A DNA stretch of 64,000 nucleotides from Dictyostelium discoideum (lineage: Eukaryota): the NCBI GenBank assembly GCA_000004695.1, contig CM000153.2, positions 2,656,001-2,720,000 of the forward strand, given 5' to 3'. The notes under the pieces are model-generated. The model saw only the letters and a list, made by a program, of their open reading frames with translations, did no database searches and was not told the origin of the DNA. The position numbers and the translations under genes are program-made. Shown here in pieces: positions 27,201 to 46,057 of the stretch. Numbering within the stretch: position 1 is the first letter of the stretch; each line of letters opens with the position of its first letter.

Positions 27201-28167
27201 TCGAATCCTTTTGTAAAGTTTTTAATATACAATTCAATTAATGGTGTCAAATATGCATCTACACAACTTGTTAAACCTCTTGGTACTGCTTTAATCATTG
27301 GCATTAATTGATGTGATAATGAAATATGCTCAAATCCAATCTCTTTTGCAATTTCACCAACTAATAATTCATGATCATGAAATGTATATGAATGAATAAA
27401 TACAACTGCAATTGATTTTATACCTTTAACAAAATATTTCTTTTTTTTTTTTTTTTTTTGTGGTATTAATAATTTTATCAATTTCTTTTTTTTTTTTTTT
27501 TTTTTTTTGACTGGATTAGGAAAAAAAAAAAAAATTGGAAAAAAGTTTTTTTTGGAAATTCTAAAAATAGAATTTTGTTTTTTTTTTTTTTAATCAAAAA
27601 ACTTACCAATAATTCAGATTTAATTTTATCTCTATTTGGAATTTCTAAAACTTTAATATAATCACCAGTTGTACCTTTTTTTAAAGAATTTGGAGACTCT
27701 AATTTGATATCATTTAAAACTTGATCATTTGTAACAATTTGAACTCTTTCATCAAGTTCAACCACAGAATTATAGATAAGTTCTGGTTTTGTAATATTTA
27801 ATTCAAATATTTTTGGTCTTGATTGATTACCAATTTGTAAGAGATCTCTAAAACCTTTTGATGTTACCAATAGTACCTTTTCACCTTTTCTCTCTAACAA
27901 AGCATTGGTTCCAACAGTTGTACCCATACGAATTGATTTAATTGCATAGGTATCAACATTTTCTTTTGATATGGATTTACCTTGAATACGTTCCAATATT
28001 CTTCTAATACCTTCACGTGGTGCATCAGAGTAATTCTCTGGATCCACTGATAATAATTTCTCGACAATATAATATGGTTCATAAGGAAATTCTGCATAAA
28101 TATCTGTGAATGTACCACCTCTATCAATATTAAATTTAATTGATTTCTTTAATTTATCAATTGTCAT
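24203..28167 (-). CDS. 5-oxoprolinase (ATP-hydrolysing; hydantoinase A/B fusion, OPLAH); exons 28167-27607, 27439-24203
   Basis: The N-terminus MTIDKLKKSIKFNIDRGGTFTDIYAEF...[40 protein letters not shown] parallels human OPLAH FAIDRGGTFTDVFAQ...[32 protein letters not shown]. The donor is TTATTG|gtaagt. Exon 2 continues ...SIAVVFIHSYT...GFDMGGTSTDVSRY...FSHRFMSIAEQMG...HPQAGGSHLPDLTV...MTNTRITD...FTPGGGGFGQ. The product is about 1266 aa. Confidence 0.9.
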
Positions 28168-28449
28168 TTTGAGATTTAAAATAAAAAAAAAAAAAATAAA
28201 AAAATTTACTTGGGTATTTGTGTGAATGATAATGAAATTAATTAAAAAAAATTAAAAAAAAAAATTAAAAAAAAATTAAAAAAAAAAATTGTGAACAATC
28301 ACAAGTTTATAATATCCAAAATAAAAAAAATAAAAAAAAATAAAAAAAAAAAAAAAAAATGAAAAAAAAAAAAAAGTGTTTGAATTGAAACTTAATTTTA
28401 CTTTTATAATTATCATTACCATATTTTATTTTATTTTATTTTTTTTTTG

Positions 28450-28547
<98 letters not shown>

Positions 28548-28548
28548 T

Positions 28549-33254
<4,706 letters not shown>

Positions 33255-33587
33255 TGTCTATTTTGAATATTTTTTTTTTTAATTTAAAAAAAAAAAAAAA
33301 AAAATTATTTTCTATTATCCTATAAATGTAATTGTAATATTATTTAAACATATTATTTTTTAAAAAAAAAAAAATAAAAATAAAAAAATAAAAATAAAAA
33401 TTAGTTTGGATAATTTTTGTTTAATTTTGTGTTTGAGGAGAGAAAAATTATTATTATAATTCAGGTAATTATAAAATAAGGTAAAAAAATTAAAAAAAAA
33501 GAAAATAAGGGGGAAAAAAAGAAAATATTTTAAAAAAAAAAAAAAAAAAATATTTTTAAAACAATTGTAGATGAATATAGGAATTAA

Positions 33588-33698
33588 AGTGTTCGGCGTG
33601 GTGGGAGTTTGTGGTAGGAATAAACAATTGCACATGTCGTGAAATTTACACAACCATATATGTGTGTGTGTTTGTGGTTTGTTTTCTGTGTAGTTTTG
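33588..33698. promoter_or_regulatory. G/T-rich (minus-strand C/A-rich) G-box-like element ~330-440 bp upstream of the P5B-ATPase ATG
   Basis: gtgttcggcgtggtgggagtttgtggtagg ... tgtgtgtgtgtttgtggtttgttttctgtgtag sits in otherwise >88% A+T DNA. It resembles the Dictyostelium G-box/CA-rich elements (GBF targets); this is inferred, not tested. Confidence 0.35.
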
Positions 33699-34211
33699 AA
33701 TCAAATTATTTAATAAAATAATGAAAAATGCAATTACAGTAATATTATAATTAAATAAATTTAAGTGAAGTGGGAAAAAAATATAAAAAAAAAAAAAAGA
33801 AAACATACCTAAATAATAATTAATTTCCTAACCGGTTTTTTTTTTTTTTTTTTTTTTTGTTTACTTGGGTTTTTTTTTTTTTTTGAAGTTCAATTATATG
33901 TTTGTTTTATTTTTTATTTTTTTATTTTTTATTTTATTTTATTTTATTTTTTTTATAAACTATTATTTGTAAACAAATTTATATATTGAACTAAGATTTA
34001 ATACACCAACAACCACTTTGTATAAAAAAAAAAATTTATTACAGGAGTGTTGTAATAAAAAAAACTGAATAAATTTAAATATTTATAAAAAAAGAAATAA
34101 GGGAATGATATTTAAAAAACGACACAGAAATTGTGTTGTATGTAAATATTCTATGATGAAATAAATTTATTGAAAATATAAAAATAAAAGTGGACTATAA
34201 ATTTATTATAT

Positions 34212-34296
34212 TTGTATGTGAATATGTATATGTATGTTTGTATGTGTATCTGTATATGTGTAGGTTTAATAATTTATCACTTTGGGTGTGTGTAAA
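34212..34296. promoter_or_regulatory. TG-rich tract with a G-box-like core 'tttgggtgtgtgtaaa'
   Basis: gtatgtgaatatgtatatgtatgtttgtatgtgtatctgtatatgtgtaggttt...cactttgggtgtgtgtaaa, in the 2.65-kb intergenic spacer between the divergent ATPase and LIM genes. Confidence 0.3.
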
Positions 34297-34683
34297 ATAA
34301 TAATAATATAAATTTTTTTTTTTTTTTTTTGTTTTTTTTTTTTTTTTTTTTTTTTTTTTTGATGAGTTTGGGAAAAAATAAAAAATGTGAACGTTGTTAT
34401 CGGTTTTTTTTATATGCAAATTTTTTTTTTTTTTTTTGCCAGATTCTCGCTCAGTTGCAAAAAAACAATAAAAAAAATAAAAAAAATAAAATAAAAAAAT
34501 AAAAAAAATAAAAATAAAAAAATTTAAATTTAAACTTATATACTTATTTGTTCCATTTCATTTTTTTTTTTTTTTTTAAAATTAATTATTAATAAATTGA
34601 TAATTGCTTCAATTAAAATATTTATTAAAGATTAAAAAGATGAATAATACATTAATTAATCTAAACAATGAAAAAAATGGGTT

Positions 34684-34723
<40 letters not shown>

Positions 34724-35645
34724 ATAATTGTTTATAAAAAATTAATATAGAAATTGTATCTTCGAATTCAAAGAAGAGAAAATATAAATAATAATATAAT
34801 TAATTACATTGTTAATATTATTTTGTGAACCCCTAAAAAATAAAAAAATAAAAAAAAAAAATAATAAAAAAAAAAAAAAAATGAAAATTAAATTTGGAAA
34901 AAAAAAAAAAAAAAAAAAAAGAACCCATAAACAAAGTTATTAAGTTGTTAATATTAATTTGATATTTTTTTATTTTAAACATTAGAATACACGTGGATTC
35001 TGATCGATTTTGATTTCTTCTGAGAATATCGTGGGAAACATCCACCAGAACGAGCCCGTATTTTCACTTACCAATCAGAACAGTAATATAATGCTGTGTT
35101 TGAATGATGAAATTATACAGCTTTTTAAATTAATAATAAAAAAAAAAAAAAATATATCTTTAAAACATTATAAAACTCTAATTAATATGTTTCATTCATT
35201 ATCCCAAAAGTCAATATTTTATATTAAAAGCCAAAATTTTATATTGAATATTGACTTGTGTATTTGGATAAAACATAATTATTAGAATTTATTTTATTAT
35301 TTTTATTTTTTATTTTTATTTTTTTATCATCTCAAAAATATACACCTAAAAAATAAAAAAATTGTTTTATTTTAAAAATTCAATAAACCCAATGCAAAAG
35401 AATTGTTTAAAAAAAGAAATTTTGTGTTTTAACCGAAATAACCCAAAATTTGATATTTTTTTTTTTTTTTATTTTTTTTTTTTTTTTTTTTCTTTTTTTT
35501 TTTAATTTTCTTTTTTTTTTTCAAAAATAAAAAAATAAAAAAAAAAAAAGGAAAAAAAAAAGTTTTTTTTTATTCATCTTGTACATTAAAATATTTTAAT
35601 CTATTTGTATATTATATAAAGAAAAAAAAAAAAAAGAAAAAAAAA

Positions 35646-35690
35646 ACCCACACCCACACACACACACAACTGTACCATACACAACACATA
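35646..35690. promoter_or_regulatory. CA-rich element (cccacacccacacacacacacaactgtaccatacacaacaca) ~220-260 bp upstream of the LIM-protein ATG
   Basis: Seen in sequence; it is the reverse complement of a GGGTGTGGG G-box. Confidence 0.35.
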
Positions 35691-35905
35691 AAAACAATTT
35701 CACTTTAGTATCAAAAAAAAAAAAAAAAAAGCAAAAAAAAAAAGCAAAAAAAAAAAAATAATAAATCATTATCACATCAAAATTATTATTATTTTTTTTT
35801 TCACATTAATTTTCAACATAACCACATTCTAAAAAAGAAACATTAAAAAAAAAAAAAATAAAAGAAAAAAAAATAATAATTATAGTAGAAAATATATATT
35901 AAAAA

Positions 35906-37567
35906 ATGGCAAATAAAAATGTATTATCAGAGATGGATGATTTGATGGCAGAGTTAGGATTAGTAGAGACTACAGCAACACCAACATCAGATCAAATCAA
36001 ACAACCACAACAAGAAACAGCACCAACATATCTTACATATAAAGATCCAAATGTATCAACAGGACCTGGAGGAGATTTTAGAAATTTAAATGACAATAAT
36101 GGTGGTATATCACGTGGACCAGGATTAATGAGTACAGGACCAGGATTAGTCAGTACAGGACCAGGATTAATGAGTACAGGACCAGGTTTAATGAGTAAAG
36201 GACCTGGTTTACCAAATAATAGTATCAATAATAATATAAGTAATAATAATGGTGGTGGTATTAGCTCAGGACCAGGATTATCATTTGGAGTATCATCAGG
36301 TGTATCATCAGGTGTATCATCAGGTGTATCATCAGGTGTATCATCAGGTGTAACATTAGTAGCACAAAATCATTTAGCACGTCAACCTTCACCACCATTA
36401 AATTCACAACAACAGCAACAGCAACAACTACCAACATATTTGGATGGAGTTGGTACATTACAACCAATTTCATTAGCAGCAACAACACCAGATGGACGTG
36501 TAGTTAAAGCTAATGGACCAATTTGCGGAGCATGTGGAGATATGATTATTGGAGTTTGTACAAATGCATTGGGACGTTCATATCATCCAGAGCATTTTGT
36601 ATGTACCTATTGTAAATTACCATTCTCAGGATCATTCATTGAACATGAAGAAAAGTTATATTGTGAGAATGATTATTTGGAATTATTTAGTCCACGTTGT
36701 TTCGCATGTATTAAACCAATTGAAGACACATGTATCAATGCATTGGGTAATCGTTATCATCCAGAGTGTTTCTCATGTTCAGGTTGTGGTGACAAGTTAC
36801 GTGGTAAACCATACAAAGAGGAGGATGGAGAAGTTTATTGTAACACATGTAAGATTGCAAGACAAAAACGTTTAGCAGCAAAATCTGAAATTTGTTCAAA
36901 ATGTAAACTTCCAATCACTGGTGAATACATTATTCTTCAAGGTCAACCAGTTCATTCGGAGCATTATCGTTGTGAAGAGTGTGGTTGTGAATTCAATGTG
37001 GGTAAAACTTGTCATGAATATGAGGGTCGTCTCTATTGTTATGAAGATTATCAAAAACAAATTCTCAATATATGTGGTGCTTGTTCAAAACCAATCGTTG
37101 GTCGTTCAATCACTGCTTTGGGTAAAGTTTGGCATCCAGAACATTTCACTTGTACCACTTGTCAAGTACCATTCGCTGGAAGTGCTTTTCGTGAACATGC
37201 TGGTAAACCCTATTGTGAATCACATTATCATCAATTCTTTGGTCGTCAATGTTTCAAATGTTCAAAACCTGTGGTTGACACTGGTGTTGAAGTATTTGGT
37301 AAAATCTATCATCGTGAACATTTCACTTGTACAGGTTGTGAATGTGTTTTAGGTAAAGAAATTATGGAATGGGATGGTAAACCACTTTGTTTCAAATGTT
37401 TTGATGCACTTCCAAAAGAAGTTAGAAAAAGAATTAAAGAAAAGAAAGCTGGTGATAAAAAAGCTGAAGCTTATCGTGAAAAATTAGCTAAAAAAGAAGC
37501 AAAAGAATTAAAAAAAGAAAGAGAAAGAGCTGCAAAAGAAAAAGAAAAAGAATCAAAAGCTAAATAA
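35906..37567 (+). CDS. Paxillin-like adaptor: N-terminal LD motif, Gly/Pro repeats and five tandem LIM domains (553 aa, single exon)
   Basis: LSEMDDLMAELGL is an LD motif. The repeats are GPGLMSTGPGLVSTGPGLMSTGPGLMSKGPGLP and (SSGV)5. There are five CX2CX16-23HX2CX2CX2CX16-21CX2(C/H/D) LIM units, starting CGACGDMIIG..., CFACIKPIED..., CSKCKLPITG..., CGACSKPIVG... and CFKCSKPVVD.... The K/E-rich tail comes from the A-rich 3' end. Confidence 0.85.
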   Translation: MANKNVLSEMDDLMAELGLVETTATPTSDQIKQPQQETAPTYLTYKDPNVSTGPGGDFRNLNDNNGGISRGPGLMSTGPGLVSTGPGLMSTGPGLMSKGPGLPNNSINNNISNNNGGGISSGPGLSFGVSSGVSSGVSSGVSSGVSSGVTLVAQNHLARQPSPPLNSQQQQQQQLPTYLDGVGTLQPISLAATTPDGRVVKANGPICGACGDMIIGVCTNALGRSYHPEHFVCTYCKLPFSGSFIEHEEKLYCENDYLELFSPRCFACIKPIEDTCINALGNRYHPECFSCSGCGDKLRGKPYKEEDGEVYCNTCKIARQKRLAAKSEICSKCKLPITGEYIILQGQPVHSEHYRCEECGCEFNVGKTCHEYEGRLYCYEDYQKQILNICGACSKPIVGRSITALGKVWHPEHFTCTTCQVPFAGSAFREHAGKPYCESHYHQFFGRQCFKCSKPVVDTGVEVFGKIYHREHFTCTGCECVLGKEIMEWDGKPLCFKCFDALPKEVRKRIKEKKAGDKKAEAYREKLAKKEAKELKKERERAAKEKEKESKAK

Positions 37568-38221
37568 AATAAAAATAAATTTTCATAAAATAAAATAAAT
37601 AAAAATAAAAATAAAAATAAAATTAAAACAATATATATACTTTTTATTTTTTTATTTTTTTATTTTTTTTTAAATATCTTTAAAATTTAAAATAATATTT
37701 GAATTAAAATTTACAGGTTGGTAAATCTAAATAAATTAAAGATTTTGGTAATATTGATATCATAGGTTGTATTCCTTCATTTGGTATTCTTGATAATAGA
37801 TCAAAATAATTAATTAAAAGTTGAAAATGAGTTAATGATGATGGGCACTCAAAAATACTCAAAATGATATATCATTCATTTTTTATTTTTTTTTATTTTT
37901 TTATATTTTTTTTTAAATTTTTTATTTTTCAAATATAGAATTTAATTATTTATCATTCATTTTTTATTTTTTAATAATGAGCAGAAATAAATTTTCTTAT
38001 TTTTCTTATTCAATTTATTGTTTTTTTTAAAAAAAAAAAGAAAAATTAGTGGAAAGAATAAAAATTTTAAATTCAAAAATAAAAAAAAGAAATAACTATT
38101 TATTTAATTTTAATTTTTAAATCAAAAAAATAAATAAATTAAATCTGGATTATATTATTTTTTAAAACATTCAAATTTGTTAAAAAAAAAAAATTAAAAA
38201 TAAAGTAAAACTTGGACTAAC

Positions 38222-40687
<2,466 letters not shown>

Positions 40688-40981
40688 ATAATAAAATAAT
40701 AAAATAATTATAAATAAAAATAAAAAAAAAAAAACTATATTTCTAAATGTTATTTATCTAAACATATTTAATCCTTTTTATTTTCTTTTTTAAAAAAATC
40801 AGATATTAGCTTATAATTATATTCTTCTTCTTCTTTACCATTATTATTGTAATGAATTTCACCATTATTTTTAAAATCTATATAAAGTGAGTGTAAATAA
40901 TTTTTGAAAACTAATTTATAATTTAAAAAAAAATAAAAAAATAAAAAATAATTATTAATAAATATATATATTTCATCCCTA

Positions 40982-41039
40982 TTAATTCATAGGTATACAA
41001 TATAAATACATACTTTCATATTTTTGGTCATTTAAATCT

Positions 41040-41119
<80 letters not shown>

Positions 41120-41377
41120 TATTTTTAAACCTAATATTAAAAATAAATTATTTCTTGATAATGGTAAATCAATTTTTGTGTATTCAAATGCTAATAATAT
41201 ACAAAAGAGAGCTATCTCTGGTGCTTTGAAAAATGGAGATTCAATGAATGGTATTAAAGAAGAATCACTTAAAAAGTTGAATGAAATTTGAGATAAAACA
41301 TGATTCTTTTCACAATCCAAAAAATAAAGAAAATGAAATAGATATGGTGGTGCTTCATCAATGATTTTACCAACACA

Positions 41378-41431
<54 letters not shown>

Positions 41432-41778
41432 AATCCCAGCAAAATTCTCTTTAAAAGATACTGATATATCATAGGATAATATTTGTAAAATTTTTTGTTC
41501 CATTGATAAAATATTATCTTTAAAATTATAATAGTCCTATTTAATAATTTTAAAAGAATAAAATACTATTCGTTAGTGTGTTTGAGAAATAAATAATTAT
41601 AATTATAATTATAATTATAAATTATTATTTATTATTATTATTATCTTACATCATTTAGTAATAATCTATCATTTGTTAAAATATAATATGACACATTTAA
41701 TAAATCTCTAACTTTCATTGGTAATATTGATGATGAATTAACTTTAATACAAATTAAAATGCATGTCATTGAAACAAA

Positions 41779-41819
<41 letters not shown>

Positions 41820-42214
41820 AATAAATATATTTAGTGATTTTATTTCTAATTATTTATTCAATTTGTTGTTTTTTCAAAAAAAAAAAAAAAAAAAAAAATT
41901 TTTACATATTGATTATAATCAAAAATAAATTTCCTATTTAAGAATCTTTTTAATAATGATATTGAATGAAGATATGCTAATGAAGAAAGTGATAATGAAT
42001 CACAAACTTTCCTCATGAAAACTAACATTCTTTTAAAACAATTATTGAATCTTTTCCAATCTTGCTCTTCAGAATTATTGACATTTTTCTGGTGGTAAAT
42101 GTAAAAATTTTTAATATCACTTTGAAACTTTTCAATATTTAAAATGGCTATATATTTATTATCATAGTTGAAATTATTTATTATTTTACTATCATAACTA
42201 TTAAAATTATTCAT
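40982..42214 (-). CDS. Cyclin-box protein with two poly-N inserts; exons 42214-41906, 41778-41650, 41536-40982
   Basis: ...FKRMLVFMRKVCDSLSLSSLAYLHSISLLKRFLNRKFIFDYNQY|FVSMTCILICIKVNSSSILPMKVRDLLNVSYYILTNDRLLLND|DYYNFKDNILSMEQKILQILSYDISVSF... fits the cyclin N-terminal fold pattern (MR..L.DW...V....L...TL.LAV...DRFL......QLVG.TCL.IA.K.EE......DL......Y....I..ME..IL..L.FD). The junctions are CAATAT|gtaaaa...tttag|TTTGTTTC and AATGAT|gtaaga...aaatag|GACTAT. Exon lengths are 309, 129 and 555 nt, all phase 0. Confidence 0.55.
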
Positions 42215-42357
42215 TTAATTATTTTTTTATTTCTTTTAAATTATTTATATATTGCATAGAAAAAGTTGTAGTTGTTGTTTTGAGCAAAATGAATAATGAT
42301 TATGTAATCAGTAAAAAAAAAAAAAAAAAAAAAAATATGCGAAAAATGAATTCAAAA

Positions 42358-42422
<65 letters not shown>

Positions 42423-42476
42423 CGATTACACAACACAATCATCATCAGAAAAAAAAAAAACTATTTTAACAAAACT

Positions 42477-43183
42477 ATGGTATTACCATTATTAAAAGTT
42501 GGGTCATTATTAATTAAAAGTTTGGCTAAACCATTGTCAAAACAAATTAAAATAAGAGCATCAAAATCACCAATATTCCATGACAGAGTTGTTAGAGGTG
42601 CAAGACTATGGCATAAATTAGATTTGAAATTAACCAAATTCAATGGCGATACAACTAGAAAACCAGTAGATTTAAATGTTAACGCTGCAATTGATTTAGG
42701 TACTGAAATAGTTTCTGAAGCATTTTTATTAAGTGTTGCAATTGGTCTTTTATTATATGAAACCTCAAGAAGTTCTGAAAAAGATAAAAAGAAAGAAGGT
42801 AAGTTATATAAAGATATAAATATTTATATATCTTTCTTTTTTTGGAAATAAACTATAAAATAAACTAATAATAATAATAAAAAAAATAAAAAAAAAATAA
42901 AACAGAGGCACTACAAAATAGATTTAAAAATTTAGAAGAAAAACTTGAAGTTCAACAAGAAACTATTAATAATTTAACAAATGTTATTGAAGCAATACAA
43001 TCATCGAATCCAAATTTAAATATATATATTGACCCAAATCAATCAACAAAATCATCAATTGCTGAATACATAAATACTCATAATATTAAATTAAATTCTT
43101 TAAAAAACGCGCAAACAGAAAATGATTATAAATCAATTTCCAGTGAAGGAATTCCAAATAAAAGAATATCCAATGTAAACTAA
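42477..43183 (+). CDS. OPA3 (optic atrophy 3)-like mitochondrial protein; exons 42477-42798, 42906-43183
   Basis: MVLPLLKVGSLLIKSLAKPLSKQIKIRASKSPIFHDRVVRGARLWHKLDLKLTKFNG...AIDLGTEIVSEAFLLSVAIGLLLYE parallels human OPA3 [63 protein letters not shown]...[24 protein letters not shown]. The junction is GAA G|gtaagt...aaaacag|AGGCACTAC, followed by a coiled-coil C-terminus. Confidence 0.8.
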
Positions 43184-43197
43184 TTTTTAAAAACAAA

Positions 43198-43231
<34 letters not shown>

Positions 43232-43344
43232 AAATTTCTTTTTTTCCCACTAATTTAAATAATTCTTTTTTTTATTTTTATTCTATTTACATTTTGTGAA
43301 TATTTTAATATTCACTTTATATTTACTCATCGGATATATATATA

Positions 43345-43985
43345 TTAAGTATAAATTGAACCTTTACATCTTGTTTCATTATGATAATTAAAACATTTTA
43401 TACTACAATATCTACTTGAACATTGTTTACAGGTATATGCACCAATATAGCCACATATTGAACAAAAGTGTCTAGGTGGAAATATTGAGGGTTTTGATTG
43501 AACGCTAATATATGTTGGTACATGATCTGGAAAAGTTTCTAAATACTATATGTGTATAATTATAATGATTTTGGAAATTTTAATATATGAGGGATATTTT
43601 AAAATTAAAAATAATAATAATAAAAAAAAAAAAAAAAATATTATTCACTTACAGATTTCTCTAAAACATCATTAAAATTTAAATTCATTGATTTCTTTTC
43701 ATTTTTTTTCTTTTCTCTTGCAATGAATAATCTTTTTTTATTTACAGGTGTTGTATAAACTATTTCATTTTCATCATCGTTATAATCATTGTCTTCTTCA
43801 TCTCCTCTACTACCTATTGGTTGTTGTTCATTGTCATCATCCAATGATTCCAATCTTGCACTTATAACTTTTTCTTTTAAATTCCTTCTATCCTCTTCAC
43901 TAGTTACTCTATATCTCTTTGAAATTTGACTCTTTCTTTTACTTGATTGTGGTGTTTCTATATTTACAATTATTGAATCTGACAT
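43345..43985 (-). CDS. ZNHIT1/Vps71-type HIT zinc-finger protein (SWR1/SRCAP-complex subunit); exons 43985-43653, 43545-43345
   Basis: Exon 2 FCSICGYIGAYTCKQCSSRYCSIKCFNYHNETRCKGSIYT* parallels human ZNHIT1 FCAVCGFPSPYTCVSCGARYCTVRCLGTHQETRCLKWTV*. Exon 1 is basic and acidic (MSDSIIVNIETPQSSKRKSQISKRYRVTSEEDRRNLKEK...). The junction is AAA TCT|gtaagt...atatag|TATTTAGAA. Confidence 0.8.
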
Positions 43986-44309
43986 TCTTTTTTTTTTTTT
44001 TTTAATTTTAAGTAAAATTATTATTTTATATACAATGATTTGAGAAGGTCATATAACCCTTTTATATTTTTTTGTAGTTGGTTGTATAAGTCCTTTGTGT
44101 GAAAATGTTTGTGTGGCGTTTGAGTGTGAAATATTTTTTTTTTTTTTTATTTTTAAAACTTTTTCAACTTTTTTTTTTTTGTTTGTTTTTTTTTTTTATT
44201 ATTCGTTTATTTAATTAAAACAGAGGAGAATTATCACAGAAGTTCAAAAGCCACAATGAAAAAAAATAAAAAAAAAATAAAAAAAATAAAAAAAAAAAAT
44301 AAAAAAAAA

Positions 44310-44345
<36 letters not shown>

Positions 44346-44404
44346 AAATTTGATCTTTTTTTTTTTTTTTTTTTTACATATTAACTCTAAACACCAATAA
44401 AAAA

Positions 44405-45644
44405 GATGTTAAGCAAATCAAATAATATCAGAAAGTAAGGAAAAAATTAATTTTTATTAAAATTTTATTATATTTATCTAACAAAATATATATTTTCAAA
44501 TAAATAATAAAAAAATAAAAATATTTAGAGTCTTTGCCAGAGGATTCACAACTTACGTTCAACCAGGTAAATTCAATGCTGAAACCAACGAAACCATTGG
44601 CAATAGAATTAGCAATGTTTGTGAAAAATTCTCATATAATGATGCAATCTCTATTCCAGATCATGAAAACTACACTTTAACTTATAATGATGTTTTAGTA
44701 AGTAATACGAAAAAAAAAAAAAACAAAAAAAAAAAACAAAAAACAAAAAAAACCCAAACTAACAAATTCAACATTATTAAAAAAAAAAAAAAAAAATCAA
44801 ATCAAATCATAATTAAAAATCAAATATAAATAGCAAAATACAAGAGGTTTAGCAGGTGGTTTTATTGAGCACAGCATTAAAGATGATCAAACAATTGTTT
44901 CAAATTCATTTGGTGTTGATAGTACAATGACACATATTGCAGCATCATTTGCAGGTTTAAATTATGTATCAATTCCACCAACTTCAACATTCTCAGAAAT
45001 TGGAACTCATTTAAATAATCAAAAAGCATCATCATTCGTTATGGCTGATTCAAACCAAAGAGTTATGGTTGATGAAGCATTAGAATTCTTCCCAAATTTA
45101 AAAACTAGTATGTAGTTAAATAATTAATAATACAGTATGACCCAATATTTTTAAAATTGAACTAGAGGATTTAAGAATTTTATCAATATAAAACAACAAT
45201 GATAATAATATCAAGTCATTATATATCTATATGATGATTGATATATATATATTTATATTTATTAGTACATATGTACTAACCCAATTATATTTATAAATAT
45301 AGTTTATAACGATGAATATCACAGAGATAACAGATTCCCAGAATTAAAACATATTTTTTCAACAGGTGCATCACAACAACCAGGTATTAGTTTATTAAGA
45401 GATATTATTTTAGATACCAAAACTTCACCAAATAAAAACGTTACAAACACTCAAATCTCAGCAACCTACCCAGTCGCTGATGGAAAATACGTTTCATTCA
45501 CCCAAAAATCACTTTTAAATACAGCTGATGCTTTAGCTGAATTCTTTAATATCAAAACAGCCCAAAGATTTTCATTTGCCGCTCCATTATTTGAAGGTAA
45601 CGCCACTGCTTTCAGTAAGTATTAAATAATAATAATAAATAATA

Positions 45645-45730
<86 letters not shown>

Positions 45731-46014
45731 AAAAAAAAGATTATTAATTGAGTTTTTTTTTTTGTTTTTTCTTATTTATAATGAAAAGACCTAGCATGTC
45801 TTTCAAAAGGTGCTTTGATCGCACTCATCAGTCAAATTAATCCAGCAAACATTTTAAATTCAATCATTAAAGATAAATGTGATAACCTTTTCATTTCATC
45901 ATCAGTTTTAAATACATTAGTTTCAAGCCCAGAATTTGCAAGAGTTGAAAACTTTGAATTAAAGAAATTGATTGTTGGTATGTATATATAACTATATTTA
46001 TGGTTTTCTTTAAT

Positions 46015-46057
<43 letters not shown>

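Noticed and set aside
36261-37352. ORFs 36261..36488(-), 36549..36875(+) and 36921..37352(+) within the LIM gene
   Set aside because: They are off-frame or antisense and have no start context. The Cys/His spacing of LIM domains appears only in the 35906..37567 frame.
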